Shown: piece after piece, positions 61,847 to 64,000 of the stretch
How the letters are laid out: every line of letters begins with the position of its first letter
Position numbering within the stretch: the first letter of the stretch is position 1
Assembly: GCA_028868715.1 (NCBI GenBank)
Contig: JAGWUB010000001.1
Span: 183,206-247,205, forward strand
Direction: 5' to 3'
Length of the DNA stretch: 64,000 bases
Source: Patescibacteria group bacterium
Lineage (GTDB): Bacteria > Patescibacteriota > Minisyncoccia > Phycocordibacterales > UBA9973
Program-made: the position numbers and the translations under genes
Notes under the pieces: model-generated
What the model saw: only the letters and a program-made list of their open reading frames with translations
What the model was told of the DNA's origin: nothing
The model's database searches: none

Positions 61847-62269
61847 TTAAAACTCAAAATCAAAAGGGAATGGCAGTAGCTCTTTGATTTGGAAGATTTT
61901 TATCTTACCAAATACATCTCCACAATATATCGGAACACTCCAAATACCATTGCAAAACTGCCAAATGTGCTGAAGACAGTTGCCACACGGAGTACCTCCA
62001 TCTTTAGTAACGATAGTCACAGCAGTAATGCATTTGCCTTGTGGCATTGAGGCCAACATTGCACTGATGGCACCGTATTCTCCATGACTACCTGTATACG
62101 CCGCGTTTTCGACGTTCACACCTTGGTGAAGATTGCCGTGTTCGTCTTTTATTACGGCACCAACTTTATAGCCTGAGTAGGGGGCGTAAGCTTGCGACAT
62201 GATTTTTTTCGCAAGCTTATACATTTCGTCAGGATCTTTTTCTAAATCCATTACATGAATTTCTAACAT
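61847..62269 (-). CDS. cdd: Cytidine deaminase-like zinc enzyme
   Basis: 'HGEYGAISAM' (H[AC]E) and 'PCGNCLQ'. Confidence 0.65.
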   Translation of the reverse strand: MLEIHVMDLEKDPDEMYKLAKKIMSQAYAPYSGYKVGAVIKDEHGNLHQGVNVENAAYTGSHGEYGAISAMLASMPQGKCITAVTIVTKDGGTPCGNCLQHIWQFCNGIWSVPIYCGDVFGKIKIFQIKELLPFPFDFEF

Positions 62270-62524
62270 TGCAGTCTCCTTTTTGATTTAAACAATTTAA
62301 AGGCTGGCCACAAGGTGCCCAGCAATCTTACAAAGAGCTTTAAGATCTATTGACACCCTACATAAAAATCAGTTAAATTGCAAGCAAAAAAAAATAATAA
62401 TCCACAAGGAAAATTTGACTTTTTTCTGTGTATGAGTATACTATAGTAGATTCATTGATTGAGTTTTGGATGCAATCTCCTTATTAATTAAGTAAACAAA
62501 GGCTGTAAAAGCTTTTTTTGTATT

Positions 62525-64000
62525 ATGCATACTCAATCAAGCAAATCCTCATTGCCAAAAAAGTATTTTTCTAGGTATAAAAAGCCCCTAGTACCGTTTC
62601 CAGATTTAATTGAAGCTCAAGTAAAGAGTTTTAAGTGGTTGGTGGAGACCGGTATTGGCGAGGTATTTAAGGAGTTTTCTCCTATCAACGACTATTCCAG
62701 TAAAAAATTCCAACTGGATTTTTCTTCATTTTCACTCGAAGAATGCAAATACGACGAAAGCTACGCTAAAATAAATAAACTTTCATACAATGGAACCCTT
62801 AAGGCTCGCGTAAAATTAACGAATAAAATTTTGGGCACAGTGAAGGAACAGGAAATTTTCATGTCGGAAATTCCACTGATGACCACGCACGGAACTTTTA
62901 TTATAAATGGAGTGGAGCGTGTCATCGTGCCACAGTTGGCTCGAAGTTTTGGTGTTTTCTTTACCGGTTCTGAAACTAAAGGAAATAAATACTTTGGCGC
63001 TAAAATTATTCCAGCTCGTGGAGTTTGGATAGAAATAGAGTCAGAAGCTGATGGTGCAATTTATGTAAGAATAGATAAAAAAAGAAAATTCCCAGCTACC
63101 TCTCTTTTACGTGTCCTAGGATACGAAACCAATGAAATGATTTTAAAGGCATTTGGTGGCGACTCAGCTACCGAAGAAGCTCTAAAGGCTTGCTTTGCCA
63201 AAGACACAGCCAAGACCTTAAGTGAAGCTTATGTTGAAATTTATAAACGTCTTCGCGATGGAGACATGGCGACAGCTGACAATGCCAAGGAATTCATTAA
63301 CTCATTATTCACTAAAGAGCGCTACGACCTTTCTCCAGTTGGCCGTTTTAGATTCAATCAACGTTTCTCTAAGGGAATGGATGAAAAAGAAATGGCTCGC
63401 CGAACTATCTCCAAGGAAGATTTAGTAACGGTAATAAACAATATTATTGTCTTAAACAATACACCTGGAGCTTACAGTGACGATATAGATCACTTGGGCC
63501 AGAGACGTGTACGCTTTGTCGGAGAAATACTTCAGCAAAAAGTTCGTACCGGTATGATGCAAATCAAGAGAAATATTCAGGACCGAATGTCTATCATTGA
63601 CGTCGATACCGCAATGCCAATAGCTATCATAAATCAACGTCCACTCCAAGCTCGTATTAAAGAATTTTTCACTACCAACCAGCTTTCACAATTTATGGCA
63701 CAAGAAAATGTGCTTAATGAAATGGAGCATTTGCGTACCTTGTCAGCGCTTGGGCCCGGTGGACTTACCCGTGAACGTGCCGGACTAGAAGTTCGTGACG
63801 TACATCCAAGTCACTACGGCCGAGTTTGTCCGATTCACACACCTGAAGGTCCAAACATTGGTCTTATTTTACACCTTTCTACTTATGCAAAAATTAATGA
63901 ATTTGGAATTATTGAAACTCCTTATATCAAAGTAAAAAAGGGGATGATCACTGGAGAAGTTCAATATTTAAATGCGCTAGAAGAAGAAAAATACAACATT
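62525..64000 (+). CDS. rpoB: DNA-directed RNA polymerase subunit beta (5' part; continues beyond window)
   Basis: 'GTFIINGVERVIVPQLARSFGVFF', 'HLGQRRVRFVGE' and 'GPGGLTRERAGLEVRDVHPSHYGRVCPIHTPEGPNIGLI'. The frame stays open to the window end. Confidence 0.9.
   Translation, partial: MHTQSSKSSLPKKYFSRYKKPLVPFPDLIEAQVKSFKWLVETGIGEVFKEFSPINDYSSKKFQLDFSSFSLEECKYDESYAKINKLSYNGTLKARVKLTNKILGTVKEQEIFMSEIPLMTTHGTFIINGVERVIVPQLARSFGVFFTGSETKGNKYFGAKIIPARGVWIEIESEADGAIYVRIDKKRKFPATSLLRVLGYETNEMILKAFGGDSATEEALKACFAKDTAKTLSEAYVEIYKRLRDGDMATADNAKEFINSLFTKERYDLSPVGRFRFNQRFSKGMDEKEMARRTISKEDLVTVINNIIVLNNTPGAYSDDIDHLGQRRVRFVGEILQQKVRTGMMQIKRNIQDRMSIIDVDTAMPIAIINQRPLQARIKEFFTTNQLSQFMAQENVLNEMEHLRTLSALGPGGLTRERAGLEVRDVHPSHYGRVCPIHTPEGPNIGLILHLSTYAKINEFGIIETPYIKVKKGMITGEVQYLNALEEEKYNI

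Overview
This 64-kb window is AT-rich bacterial DNA, judged by eye from the sequence. Its gene content looks like a reduced-genome Patescibacteria/CPR-type organism; that is an inference from gene content, not a database result. Housekeeping genes present: secF (5' partial), lemA, htpX, gatC-gatA, mscL, ligA, truB, a UvrD-type helicase fused to a nuclease, trhO, pheS, gyrB, thrS, rpmF, a nusB-NUDIX fusion, rnc, smc, rnr, rpsP, a KH protein, trmD, cdd and rpoB (3' partial). Also present: a MacAB-like efflux system, an envelope/glycosylation cluster (ATP-grasp, PAP2, GT2, GT4, DedA) and comFC. A complete type IV pilus locus sits divergently next to comFC: pilM-N-O, pilB, a CheY-like regulator, pilT, pilC, three tandem pilin paralogs, pilD and four minor pilins. 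There are four tRNAs. One tRNA-Met is followed by a tandem copy of its 3' half, and one Ser-type tRNA has a non-standard ACU anticodon loop. The most notable feature is a roughly 10.5-kb visibly GC-richer integrated element at about 32.5-43.06 kb, abutting tRNA-Ser(GGA). It carries a large serine recombinase, an Xis-like HTH protein and unknown cargo genes. It also carries a tightly packed minus-strand operon: HTH protein, C5 DNA methyltransferase, restriction endonuclease, Vsr and an 864-aa ABC ATPase with a CxxC zinc hook and an extra C-terminal domain (hypothesised RloC/PrrC-like). Seven element genes begin with ATGACNATG. No CRISPR array or rRNA was found.
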